Origin: a virus
IMG/VR virus record: IMGVR_UViG_3300027754_003462
Reading direction: 5' to 3' (one strand)
Length of the DNA: 64,000 bases
The first letter of the stretch is position 1. Each line of letters starts with the position of its first letter. Below are positions 29,061 through 37,956 of this stretch, piece by piece. The notes below the pieces were generated by a model. It was not told where the DNA came from. It saw only the letters and a program-made list of their open reading frames with translations, and ran no database searches. The position numbers were made by a program, and so were the translations under genes.

Positions 29061-29438
29061 ATGGGTAACAATATCTTTGAAAAATTGACAGAAAAATATC
29101 CCTTCATAACATTGTGCATTTATGCCAATGCAGAATATGTGGGTGTGGTACAAAACAGGGACGATATTGTTACAACTATCTACGACTTTGGCAGTATCTT
29201 GGACCAAGAATCCAAGATACTGTTCCTGGAATTGGCCAGCACTTGGTGGTGGGAAAGCAATCGATCAATCCCCATAAACATATTCCTGCGCCGAGACTGG
29301 GAACAGTTCCGCTATACCCTGCGCACTTTTGTCAACAAAGATCTAGAGATCTTGCACGGTCCTGCTTGCAGTTTGCTGGACATAGTGCGCAAGAAAAGCA
29401 AACGCAAATCAATTACTCTTGTGCGACGGATGGACTAG
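29061..29438 (+). CDS. conserved phage hypothetical protein
   Basis: WWWESNRSIPINIFL motif; occupies the gap between two minus-strand genes. Confidence 0.7.
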   Translation: MGNNIFEKLTEKYPFITLCIYANAEYVGVVQNRDDIVTTIYDFGSILDQESKILFLELASTWWWESNRSIPINIFLRRDWEQFRYTLRTFVNKDLEILHGPACSLLDIVRKKSKRKSITLVRRMD

Positions 29439-29982
29439 TAAGATTCATGTGTAATGCTACCAGGGCCGCGTAGGAAACTGCGTGGCTTTTTTTGAATGTG
29501 TAGCCTCGAGATTCGTCACCATCCCACACACTCTCAAATACTTCTGCCCAAGGGCGTGTTTGTAAGTGTGCTTTGCCCGGGCGAATAACGGATATAAAAG
29601 CCGCCATCCTGGGTATTGAATCTGGTTTCATCACACGTAGCAAATCTGTATAATTGCCCACGTGTACTAACTGACTGGCCCAGGCATGATCTGTCCACAG
29701 TCTTTCCCAAGGTGGGGTGGTTGTGAGCATGGCTTCATAGTGTGCAGGATCCTGGACCAACTGATACACACTCATGTTTAGGAAGTCCAGTTTAAAATAT
29801 CCACGCTGTTCTGCTTCTTCGTAATCTATTGCGGCGCACTGATTCACAGGATCCCAGGGAATGTCTGATACATATATACCTGAGTTGTGTTTACGTCCAT
29901 TGCTTTGTCGTGCAGGCACATGCTGAATCAATTTCAGTACGTCCTCGCGATTCGCAAAATCTAAATCTATATCTGCGCTCAT
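29413..29982 (-). CDS. miniature DNA polymerase III alpha (DnaE)-like protein
   Basis: ADIDLDF, KHNSGIYV, FKLDFL, IRPG, GYTFKKSHAVSYA collinear with DnaE motifs. Confidence 0.8.
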   Translation of the reverse strand: MSADIDLDFANREDVLKLIQHVPARQSNGRKHNSGIYVSDIPWDPVNQCAAIDYEEAEQRGYFKLDFLNMSVYQLVQDPAHYEAMLTTTPPWERLWTDHAWASQLVHVGNYTDLLRVMKPDSIPRMAAFISVIRPGKAHLQTRPWAEVFESVWDGDESRGYTFKKSHAVSYAALVALHMNLTSPSVAQE

Positions 29983-30656
29983 TACCAGCCTGCCTTGTTC
30001 AATATATCTTTCACATACTCTTGATCTGCTGGGTAGTTGGTAAACTTCTTTTGCCAGGCGTCCGAATCAATGTAGGGCCAGACCATGGCCACTTGTTCTG
30101 TGCTCAATTCGCTGAGAAACTTTTGTCCTGATTCACTATTATAAATTATCCAAGGTGATATACGTCCGGCCGTGACAGCATAACATAGACTATTGGTGTT
30201 GCCATAACGCATCCAGTCATGTGCAGGATTACCTGTTTCTTCTGCCCAACGTATGCTGTGTTCTATTGCTCGAGCCAGGGCATCGTCCACTGCTTCCACA
30301 CGCAGGTATTCTATTAAGTACTCTGTGTAGATTTTGTCACTGCACCAATGATCAATTTTCTTTTGTGCCTTCAGCAACCAGGTCATGAAACGTGCGGGCG
30401 CAACCACATGTGTGTTTACACAATAGTTTCCAAACTTGACAAATGCTCGGTAGTAAGGGCTGTCACAAAAGTCATCGTGTGTTTTGTTTCGGGCCGATCC
30501 TTGCATGGTTTCATAGAACTTGATATAGGCTTGAAATCCCATGCGTACACCTGCTTCGTCTCGAGCAAGTCTTCTGCGCTTGGGCTCACACGAATGCACC
30601 AACAGTGAAGTTTCTTTCATGAATGTTTTCTTGCAATACTCACACGTGAATGTCAT
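29982..30656 (-). CDS. zinc-finger protein, conserved phage hypothetical
   Basis: N-terminal CEYC...F.....L..H.C. Confidence 0.7.
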   Translation of the reverse strand: MTFTCEYCKKTFMKETSLLVHSCEPKRRRLARDEAGVRMGFQAYIKFYETMQGSARNKTHDDFCDSPYYRAFVKFGNYCVNTHVVAPARFMTWLLKAQKKIDHWCSDKIYTEYLIEYLRVEAVDDALARAIEHSIRWAEETGNPAHDWMRYGNTNSLCYAVTAGRISPWIIYNSESGQKFLSELSTEQVAMVWPYIDSDAWQKKFTNYPADQEYVKDILNKAGW

Positions 30657-31099
30657 TTTTTCTCGTTACCTGCGGCTCGATTGTATGCGTCTATTTCTTT
30701 TTGGGTTGTTATTTGTGCCATGACATCTATCTCGTCATCTTTGTAGGTGGGATACATGGCCATCAATGCCTTGCGTTTGGCACTGAGTCCTGCTTCTTTT
30801 TTCTTAGGGGCTATCCAAGGATGTCGTGGTGTGCCCATACCTGGACTTACGCTTGTGGCCATGAGCCAGTGTAGTTTAGGATGCTTACTCACATCAAAGA
30901 AGTGTTTGTTCAGGCGCTCATTGCAACTGATAACATAGAACTCTTGTAATTCTCTTGAACCTTCCACTGAACTTCCCCAACGTATCATGAGATAGTTCGA
31001 AAACTTTTTCTTTTCTTCTGGGGTCAAGTCATCGTAAAATGTCCTAACCTTGCGGTCAAACATACGCATCTCGTTGGCAATGTTCAGTTTATCACTCAT
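30653..31099 (-). CDS. clamp loader small subunit (gp62-like)
   Basis: F.NYLMIR..S, HPWI, LMAMYP pattern and size resemble T4 gp62; replication context. Confidence 0.55.
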   Translation of the reverse strand: MSDKLNIANEMRMFDRKVRTFYDDLTPEEKKKFSNYLMIRWGSSVEGSRELQEFYVISCNERLNKHFFDVSKHPKLHWLMATSVSPGMGTPRHPWIAPKKKEAGLSAKRKALMAMYPTYKDDEIDVMAQITTQKEIDAYNRAAGNEKK

Positions 31100-31397
31100 C
31101 AGTCTTGGTCAGTCGGTAGATCATTATAGCATGATCCAGTGAATCTTGTAAAGTGGGATTGGTCTTTGCGGCACGCCGGATCTCAGCCCACATCTTGTCT
31201 TCTATAATGTGATCGTGTAAAGGTCTTCCGTCGTTTGTTCTTGAATCCCAGTCATGTGGTATCTTTTGTCCTGTGATAGGATCGTATTCGTATCCTACTA
31301 CTGTTCGATCACCTGGATCAGCACCAAACTCCCGAGCATAAACCACACCATTGGCACGTTCGTATATGTACTTGGTGTCAGGTTTGAGTTGTGACAT
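31092..31397 (-). CDS. hypothetical protein
   Basis: YIYER..GVVYAREFG motif; 101 aa coupled ORF. Confidence 0.65.
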   Translation of the reverse strand: MSQLKPDTKYIYERANGVVYAREFGADPGDRTVVGYEYDPITGQKIPHDWDSRTNDGRPLHDHIIEDKMWAEIRRAAKTNPTLQDSLDHAIMIYRLTKTDE

Positions 31398-31897
31398 TAC
31401 CAGGCCAGATTATAGTTGACAATTTCACAGTTGCGGCTGACGTCTTTCACAAAGTACACACAGTCAGGTTCAGCATCATCGTTCAAGGGCACAGCCAACA
31501 TCTGACCGTTCTTGAGTTTGGGTGCGTACCAGTTGACCTCATGATACACATCTAGTATTTCGATGTCCGGGAAGGAGGGTCTATAACTGCTCAGGGGATT
31601 GAATTGAAATACTTTAAAGCCTCTGTCATTGATCGAAGTCAACGGTAGCACTTCAAGATCACCAACGTCAGGTTCACCAATCAAGATCTGCCAGTCCATG
31701 GGCATTTTGATTGTTTGTGTTCCGATACGCAACACCAGGGCAGGTGCATTAAAACTCTCTAAAAAGATCAGCGGAATAAAGTGATAGTCTGGTTCTACTG
31801 GATTTGAGTTGTCAAGTATGGCAAAACGCATGTCATCAACTTCTTCGGGCAGTTGATTTAGATCGTAATAGGTGTTGTCAAGTGTTAGTATTCTCAT
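31397..31897 (-). CDS. conserved phage hypothetical protein
   Basis: 166 aa coupled ORF with upstream promoter. Confidence 0.7.
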   Translation of the reverse strand: MRILTLDNTYYDLNQLPEEVDDMRFAILDNSNPVEPDYHFIPLIFLESFNAPALVLRIGTQTIKMPMDWQILIGEPDVGDLEVLPLTSINDRGFKVFQFNPLSSYRPSFPDIEILDVYHEVNWYAPKLKNGQMLAVPLNDDAEPDCVYFVKDVSRNCEIVNYNLAW

Positions 31898-31903
31898 AAT
31901 TGT

Positions 31904-31932
31904 ATGTTACAGGATTTGTCGGAGGAAGTCAA
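31904..31932 (-). promoter_or_regulatory. sigma70-like promoter TTGACT-N17-TAACAT
   Basis: Six nt upstream of the ATG at 31897. Confidence 0.55.
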
Positions 31933-33398
31933 GCAATCTTCATCCATTCTAGTTTTTCTGCTGAGAAAGGATAGTTGGCTTCCCGGTAGAACTGTTTGCG
32001 TTTGGTCAGGTGTCGCTTGGCAAACTTGCAGGTACTGGTAATGTCCCAAATTTGCACATGATCCTTGTCCTCTGCTTTTCGGATACCTCTACCAATCGAC
32101 TGGATAACCCTAACAAAACTCTTGCCAGGCTCGATGAGCACCAGATTAAAGATTCGCGGAATGTTAATTCCAACTGCCGCCACACCGTAAGTGGCCACAA
32201 TGATTTTGTCTGTTGAGTCTGCAATTTGATCATATTCTTCCTGTCTTTTTGTTCCTTTGGTTGCGCCCGACACAAACACTGCTTTGTCTCCTAGACGTGC
32301 AACCAATTCATTGCCAGCGGCAACTCTGTCTACCAGTACCAGGGTGTTGCCTGTTTCGTTTACCCGACGGATCAGGTCGGCCATGGTGTCCAATCGACCC
32401 GACTCTTCCAACAAGTACTTGAGTTCACTTTGATACTCTTTGTATTCCACATGGTCCACCAATTGCACAATGTTCACGTGACAGTTGGCCAACACGCCTT
32501 GTTGCTGTAGTTCGTTGGCACTGAGTCGGCCAACTACAGGACCAAGCCCCACCAGCAGAGCCTGACTTTCAAACTTTTCTTTGGGAATAGTTCCGGTCAA
32601 ACCCCACCGAATTGGCACTCTAGCCATCACACCAGTCAGCAGGGTTTTGAGTGCGTCTGCCTTGGCCATGTGTACTTCGTCTACAATAACGCATACCACA
32701 TCTTCCAAGAACTCGTCAATGGTCACTTTGCCTGTGCCTGCCTTGGTGTTCTTCAACAAGATGTTTAGACTTTGCCAAGTACAAATAGTGTGTTGACGTC
32801 CATATTCTTTTCTATCTCCAAAATACACACCAACATCTTGTTGCATGTTGATGTAGTCTTTTTCTGTTTGTGTCACTAGACTCTTGTTGGGCACAATCAC
32901 AATCGATCGTCCATATGGTGTGACAGCATTTGACAAGGCCGCTGTCATAATAGTCTTACCTGCGCCTGTGGCCACTTCTTGTAGGCACTGTGGATTGGCC
33001 AGGAAGTTGTTCACAATGTCAACTTGATAGTCTCGCATGACAATGGGTTCACCCACAGCAGGGTGTCCTTTGGGCCACGTGATGTGTGCAAACGAGTCTT
33101 CACGTACCTGTTCAAACTCAAACGAGGTAGAGTAGTCTCTTTGATCATCTATCTCAATGTCGTAATCAAACTTTTCAAGGATGGGAACAATCTCTGGCAA
33201 CAAGTTTGTGTATGTACTGCCGCCCAGTTGAAAGTATGCAACCTTGCCGTCCCAGCGTCCCAGTCGCACTGCTGGCATGTAACGTGCGGCCGGGTTTTCG
33301 TATTTGAATGCCGTGACCAAGGCCTTGCGAACGTCAAGATCAAGCCCTTCCAGTTTGATGTTTACTTCGTCTTTAATCTGTATTATGCATCGTTTCAT
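31929..33398 (-). CDS. uvsW: SF2 DNA helicase UvsW
   Basis: WDGK, ATGAGKT, DEVH, GLTGT, QSIGRGIR; start MKRCII. Confidence 0.92.
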   Translation of the reverse strand: MKRCIIQIKDEVNIKLEGLDLDVRKALVTAFKYENPAARYMPAVRLGRWDGKVAYFQLGGSTYTNLLPEIVPILEKFDYDIEIDDQRDYSTSFEFEQVREDSFAHITWPKGHPAVGEPIVMRDYQVDIVNNFLANPQCLQEVATGAGKTIMTAALSNAVTPYGRSIVIVPNKSLVTQTEKDYINMQQDVGVYFGDRKEYGRQHTICTWQSLNILLKNTKAGTGKVTIDEFLEDVVCVIVDEVHMAKADALKTLLTGVMARVPIRWGLTGTIPKEKFESQALLVGLGPVVGRLSANELQQQGVLANCHVNIVQLVDHVEYKEYQSELKYLLEESGRLDTMADLIRRVNETGNTLVLVDRVAAGNELVARLGDKAVFVSGATKGTKRQEEYDQIADSTDKIIVATYGVAAVGINIPRIFNLVLIEPGKSFVRVIQSIGRGIRKAEDKDHVQIWDITSTCKFAKRHLTKRKQFYREANYPFSAEKLEWMKIA

Positions 33399-34581
33399 CT
33401 TGTATAGTATACACAGTCCTAGGGCAAAATGCAAGCCTTGCCTGCTCAATTTCTTCCGCTAACTCTGTCAAGACCCCTAGTTGTGCTTGAACAATAGACA
33501 TATTTAATTTTCGATGTGCAGTAAGTTTTGAGATGAACTGGATGCCAGTGTCTCGATGCGTTTGATTGAAAATACTTTTTTGTATCCCCAAAATATATTC
33601 GTGAATTATTGCATTTTGTTTAGTGGTAATGCCGTACTTTAATTTTTCAGCATGTAAAAATTCAATCAATTTATCTTTTTCATGATCTTTGAGTATAGAC
33701 CAATTTAGTCCTTGTGTGTCTGAACTAGTCAATGAACTAATCTGTATGGGTATTAATTTTTTGTTTGCCCAGTCTATTGTTTGGTACACATGACTGATAT
33801 TCAAAATTTGAATTATAAATTTAAAGTACATGCTTGACTTTGGTAAATGTTGTCTAAGTGTATCTACATTGGTAGAAAATTGTTGCCAGGTAGCAGGATA
33901 TCGCATAAAGTCATATGCATCCTTGACTCCGTCTACACTGATGGATATTTCTAAATTGACAATTTGCTTGAGCCTGCTCAACAAGGAAGATGTCAATACA
34001 GATGCATTGGTCACAATCCTACAACCCAATTGCCGCTGTATTATTTTGTCCAGCATTATTAAGTTCTTTTTAAAAATAAAGAATTCGCCCCCGATGAGAC
34101 TTACACTTTCTAAATTTGGCAATTGATCAATTGTGGCCAGTGCAATGTCAGTATTGTCTTGTACTACGACAGAGGTGTCTGATAATCCGGCATTGTTTCT
34201 TTCATTGGCCAAATAGGTACTGGATTTTTCGTCGCACATGTAACAACCAAGATTGCATGTGTTACTGAAAAACACATCTAGTAGTTTAATATCCAGTTTA
34301 TCGCTAGCCCAGGGCTTTTGTAGCAGTTGTTTTCGTATACTGGTAGTGCCAATTTTATCATTTTTTGAACATGCATCGCAACCCGGAACCGGTTCTATGC
34401 CGTTGATTTTGTTGTCACGGAGTTGGGTCATTTCTTCTCCGTGTAAAAAATCTTTCAATGATTCTGATTTGGTTTGAATCCTATATACACATCCTGGTTT
34501 GAATCCTACCTGATTTGTTTTGTAATTTGATTCAATTCTTAATGTGGTAAAAGGTGCTGTACAAAATATCGGGTTGTGCAT
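33373..34581 (-). CDS. radical SAM protein with N-terminal SPASM/twitch-like domain
   Basis: FCTAPF...PGC...CDAC; CNLGCYMC; IGGEF; SVDG; MRYPATW; start MHNPIF after CTAAATA. Confidence 0.88.
   Translation of the reverse strand: MHNPIFCTAPFTTLRIESNYKTNQVGFKPGCVYRIQTKSESLKDFLHGEEMTQLRDNKINGIEPVPGCDACSKNDKIGTTSIRKQLLQKPWASDKLDIKLLDVFFSNTCNLGCYMCDEKSSTYLANERNNAGLSDTSVVVQDNTDIALATIDQLPNLESVSLIGGEFFIFKKNLIMLDKIIQRQLGCRIVTNASVLTSSLLSRLKQIVNLEISISVDGVKDAYDFMRYPATWQQFSTNVDTLRQHLPKSSMYFKFIIQILNISHVYQTIDWANKKLIPIQISSLTSSDTQGLNWSILKDHEKDKLIEFLHAEKLKYGITTKQNAIIHEYILGIQKSIFNQTHRDTGIQFISKLTAHRKLNMSIVQAQLGVLTELAEEIEQARLAFCPRTVYTIQDETMHNTD
33406..33434 (-). promoter_or_regulatory. sigma70-like promoter TTGCAT-N17-TATACT
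   Basis: Upstream of uvsW, inside the 3' end of the radical SAM gene. Confidence 0.55.
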
Positions 34582-34599
34582 AGAAAAATATTTAGTTGT

Positions 34600-34632
34600 C
34601 AAAAAGACAGGTACCTTTTTAAGGGTACCTGC
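34600..34632 (-). terminator. rho-independent terminator
   Basis: CAGGTACC...GGTACCTG stem followed by TCTTTTT on the minus strand. Confidence 0.75.
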
Positions 34633-34680
34633 CATAAAACCCGGGCCGGAGCCAACCAATGCCCGAGGAAACTTTAAAAG

Positions 34681-34788
34681 TTACTTTGCCACACGCACTA
34701 TCCGAAATCCCATTTGCTTCTGTTCGTCTGCTTCGTCGCGAGTTGCCACAGTAAACAGCAACAAGTCACCATCATAAATTTCGTACAT
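34681..34788 (-). CDS. small hypothetical protein (35 aa, MYEIYDGDLLLF...)
   Basis: Manually found, closely packed in the ATPase operon. Confidence 0.5.
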   Translation of the reverse strand: MYEIYDGDLLLFTVATRDEADEQKQMGFRIVRVAK

Positions 34789-34789
34789 G

Positions 34790-34882
34790 TCAATTTCCAA
34801 ACATCAAAATAATAAACGATAAGAGTAGTGCCCAGCCAAGGTGTCCTAACATTAGTAACATTAAGACACCTATCCAAGCCAT
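34790..34882 (-). CDS. small hydrophobic membrane peptide (30 aa)
   Basis: MAWIGVLMLLMLGHLGWALLLSFIILMFGN, 1 nt after the ATPase stop. Confidence 0.5.
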   Translation of the reverse strand: MAWIGVLMLLMLGHLGWALLLSFIILMFGN

Positions 34883-34883
34883 A

Positions 34884-35906
34884 TTAGGCAACCTTCATAC
34901 AAGTTGTCTCTGCAAGGCGTTTCCAATTCAACACTGACATCTTGCGCAAGTCTGCAATCTTAAGAGCCATACGCAAACTCACTTCACGCAAACGGTCCTT
35001 GTTGGTGTGCATGAACTCAATAATGTCGTCTTGCACAGCCTCTTCAAACTCGTAGTCCTGGAACAGCACACCATCTTTGGCAATCTGTTTGATACGCAAC
35101 AAACGGTCACGCATGGTGTCCAGTGTCAAGTCCAGATAGTGACAGCGTGATTGGAGAGCGTCCAAGTGGTCACGTAATTTTTGCGACTTCATCTGATCAA
35201 ACTTAAGGTTGGTAATAAAGATTACTGAGCCTTTGAACTCGAAACGATCTGGGATACCTTCACGGCGCAGGGCACTGGATTCACTCAACCAACTAATGGT
35301 ACGTTTCTTGCCGGAGTCCAATGCACCCTTCAGCAAGTTAAGAGCCACGTCGTCTAGCAAAATGCTATCACAGTCGTCAAACACAATGACACAATTCTCA
35401 TCTGAGTATTTGTACAATGTTTGGAACAAACCAATTGGTGTGGCACTACCTTTAACAACCTCAGCACGGAGACGTTTGCCTGCAAGTTTGTCAAACAAAC
35501 ATGCCTTTTCAATTTCAGTTTCAACGCCGTAACTCTTGCCAACACCCGGAGGGCCGGATACAATCATTGCACGGATGTCACCTGACACCGTGGCTTTGGT
35601 CATCTCTGTCAGGATGTCAAAACGCTCGCGGATACGGTCCATTGCTTGCTCGTCAGTTTCTGCAACAAGGACGGATTTTTCAAAGTGGATGGTGTTGGGT
35701 TGTGTCATGCCGTTAGTGTACTCTATATCAGAAATGTTGTCTACACTAATACGTACCGTATCAGGGCAGTTTGGGAAGGTGCCATTATTTTTCACTGTAA
35801 CATAGTTACCTTTAGCACCAGTTTGGAAACCGTTTACAAGAACGAATTCTTGGTTACGGACGGGTCGGTTGCGGTATGTACCTTTTACAACGCGGATTGC
35901 ACTCAT
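34884..35906 (-). CDS. AAA+/P-loop ATPase
   Basis: GPPGVGKS Walker A, VIVFDDCD Walker B, IFITN sensor, ALQSR Arg finger; AAGGAG RBS. Confidence 0.88.
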   Translation of the reverse strand: MSAIRVVKGTYRNRPVRNQEFVLVNGFQTGAKGNYVTVKNNGTFPNCPDTVRISVDNISDIEYTNGMTQPNTIHFEKSVLVAETDEQAMDRIRERFDILTEMTKATVSGDIRAMIVSGPPGVGKSYGVETEIEKACLFDKLAGKRLRAEVVKGSATPIGLFQTLYKYSDENCVIVFDDCDSILLDDVALNLLKGALDSGKKRTISWLSESSALRREGIPDRFEFKGSVIFITNLKFDQMKSQKLRDHLDALQSRCHYLDLTLDTMRDRLLRIKQIAKDGVLFQDYEFEEAVQDDIIEFMHTNKDRLREVSLRMALKIADLRKMSVLNWKRLAETTCMKVA

Positions 35907-35951
35907 AGTTGGCTCCTTTTTGTGCGGGTTTATCTTACTGTCTATGTGTAT

Positions 35952-36004
35952 ATTATAGCAAATGATGATTTATTGGTCAAGTACAGCAAAAGTATTACTT
36001 TTGC
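35952..36004 (-). promoter_or_regulatory. early promoter TTGACC-N17-TATAAT with upstream 19 bp palindrome
   Basis: GCAAAAGTA-T-TACTTTTGC at 35986-36004. Confidence 0.85.
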
Positions 36005-36216
36005 GTAATTTCATCAACTTTTTGAGTGTATTCTAAACGGCTCAATACCAGTTGGTACATGCAATATACCAAAAGTGTAATACTTCCTACTGACAGTATT
36101 TTAGAGATTTCATCTGCGGTTAAACCTGTTAACAAAAGTTGTACACCAACTGATACGGTACAAATCACAGCAAGAACCCCTGCTGTCTGTAATGCGGCTT
36201 TGAGTTTTAAATTCAT
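35995..36216 (-). CDS. small two-TM membrane protein
   Basis: Two hydrophobic segments; own promoter and AAGGA RBS. Confidence 0.7.
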   Translation of the reverse strand: MNLKLKAALQTAGVLAVICTVSVGVQLLLTGLTADEISKILSVGSITLLVYCMYQLVLSRLEYTQKVDEITQK

Positions 36217-36242
36217 ATATTCCTTTGTTTCTTTATGTGTAT

Positions 36243-36289
36243 ATTATAGCAAAAGGCCGATTAGTTGTCAATTACAGCAAAAGTATTAC
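36243..36289 (-). promoter_or_regulatory. early promoter TTGACA-N17-TATAAT with partial palindrome
   Basis: Perfect consensus; GCAAAAGTATTAC at the same spacing as the neighbouring promoters. Confidence 0.85.
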
Positions 36290-36516
36290 CGTTGGAAATC
36301 AACCAGTCGCTTGACAAGAATTCCGTGCTCAGCGTCCATTTCCTCGTTAGAAACGTAGAAGTCTGTGGTAGGGTCATAATAACGACCTTCTCGGGGATCG
36401 TAATACAGCACCCGTCCTGATGCATACTTGAATGGACCTTCTAGTCCGGCACGTGGGCCATACTTTTGGCGCATCAGATCTGTTTCAAACTTGTCTGCAA
36501 TAATTCGGTATCCCAT
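36286..36516 (-). CDS. conserved phage hypothetical protein
   Basis: GLEGPF...GRVLYYDPREGRYYDPTTDFY motif. Confidence 0.75.
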   Translation of the reverse strand: MGYRIIADKFETDLMRQKYGPRAGLEGPFKYASGRVLYYDPREGRYYDPTTDFYVSNEEMDAEHGILVKRLVDFQR

Positions 36517-36545
36517 GTCAGCCCCTTTTTGCTTTGTATGCCACT

Positions 36546-36597
36546 ATTGTAGCAAAATGGGAATTATTGGTCAATTACACAAAAAGTATTACTTTTT
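36546..36597 (-). promoter_or_regulatory. early promoter TTGACC-N17-TACAAT with 17 bp palindrome
   Basis: AAAAAGTA-T-TACTTTTT at 36581-36597. Confidence 0.8.
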
Positions 36598-37321
36598 ACT
36601 GCCACAGTTGTTGTATCACAGGGTCATGCACTTGAGCAGGTTTGGGGTTGCCGTGGAACACAACCACACTGGTGCCGGGTTGAATTCGAACCCCGGAGTT
36701 GGGCTTGAGGTGTTTTCTTTTTGCAAAATCATAGCCGCCATCCAGGCACTGCCAGCGATAACTTTCAAAACGAAAGTCATCAAAGAAACGTCGTTGATTC
36801 ACATCAAGTGCCGCACCTATGTAGTCTTGATCTCCGGGATAACTTTTGATTGTGGCTTTGAAATCAGCCTGTGAGAACCGATCCCATATCCAGGCAAAAC
36901 GATCAACATTGAACCACATCATGCTGGAGTTCATGGTCACTGTGTCACGACGCTGTAGGTATCTGAAGTCTCTGATGGTCCAGAGATAATCTGTAGTGTG
37001 CTCAGGTATCCAATCTAGTGAGTCGGCAATTACCACATCCAGGTCAAGATACAACATATTTCCTGCAAAGTGAGCAGGATTAAACAACTGCATTTTGTAC
37101 CACCATGACCTTTTGGGCCCAGATATGCCCCAGTCTTCCAGGATATGTTTGACCATGTGTGGAGGTACTGATCTGTCATGTTCTGTGTACACATGCAAAC
37201 GAACTTCTGCAGTCAGATGCCGGCACAGCATGTTGTACAATCGTTCTACATATTGCCAGTCATATCCCGATCCGTGTATGACGCAGGCACAGTCAATGCG
37301 TCCAGGGTTCTTTTTTGACAT
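36596..37321 (-). CDS. GT-A fold glycosyltransferase (GT8-like)
   Basis: WWYKMQLF, YLDLDVVI (DxD), NSSMM, GDQDY, VFHGNPKP. Confidence 0.8.
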   Translation of the reverse strand: MSKKNPGRIDCACVIHGSGYDWQYVERLYNMLCRHLTAEVRLHVYTEHDRSVPPHMVKHILEDWGISGPKRSWWYKMQLFNPAHFAGNMLYLDLDVVIADSLDWIPEHTTDYLWTIRDFRYLQRRDTVTMNSSMMWFNVDRFAWIWDRFSQADFKATIKSYPGDQDYIGAALDVNQRRFFDDFRFESYRWQCLDGGYDFAKRKHLKPNSGVRIQPGTSVVVFHGNPKPAQVHDPVIQQLWQ

Positions 37322-37956
37322 CAGAATTGAAAAATAATTTGGTATTCGTCCAAGATGGGGAAATGGCCTTGAGACTCAAGATACTCAACTACGGCTCGAC
37401 CTTTTCCGGTACGCTGATTGTTGTTGACCCAACGCGAGTTGTCATCTATGGCCACTACTGCACCTGCACGAATAAATGGTTCGATAATTTCAAATTCTTT
37501 TAAATGATGATCAGCACTTGCAGTATCGTTATTCCAATCCACATCATAACTGTCCAAGTAAAACAAATCCACTTGATCCAAATCAGTTAACGATTCAAGC
37601 CAGGCCACGCTGTCGCTGTGTGTGACTGAGAACTTGTGGCTGGTGATAGTGTTTCTTGCGGCTTCGCAGGCCACTGAATCTATGTCTACACTGCGCATTT
37701 GGCCACCATAAAGATCCACAAACTCTGTAAACAGTCTGGCACTCTGCCCGTCCATCCAGTTGCCCGGGGTTCTCAGTGTGCCTGTTTCAATAATATTAAA
37801 GTTGCTTTGTTTTTGATTCAACAACAATCTAAAAATAACATCAAATCCCACGGCTCTGTTGTAAAGGCCGTCGGCAAGAATTCCCCGGACTCCATCGAAT
37901 TGGATATTTAATAAAGGATAGTAAATTCGTCTGTAGTGATCAAGCCAGGTATTCAT
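37321..37956 (-). CDS. class I SAM-dependent methyltransferase
   Basis: IIETGT, SVDID, DLFYLDS, VAIDD. Confidence 0.8.
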   Translation of the reverse strand: MNTWLDHYRRIYYPLLNIQFDGVRGILADGLYNRAVGFDVIFRLLLNQKQSNFNIIETGTLRTPGNWMDGQSARLFTEFVDLYGGQMRSVDIDSVACEAARNTITSHKFSVTHSDSVAWLESLTDLDQVDLFYLDSYDVDWNNDTASADHHLKEFEIIEPFIRAGAVVAIDDNSRWVNNNQRTGKGRAVVEYLESQGHFPILDEYQIIFQF

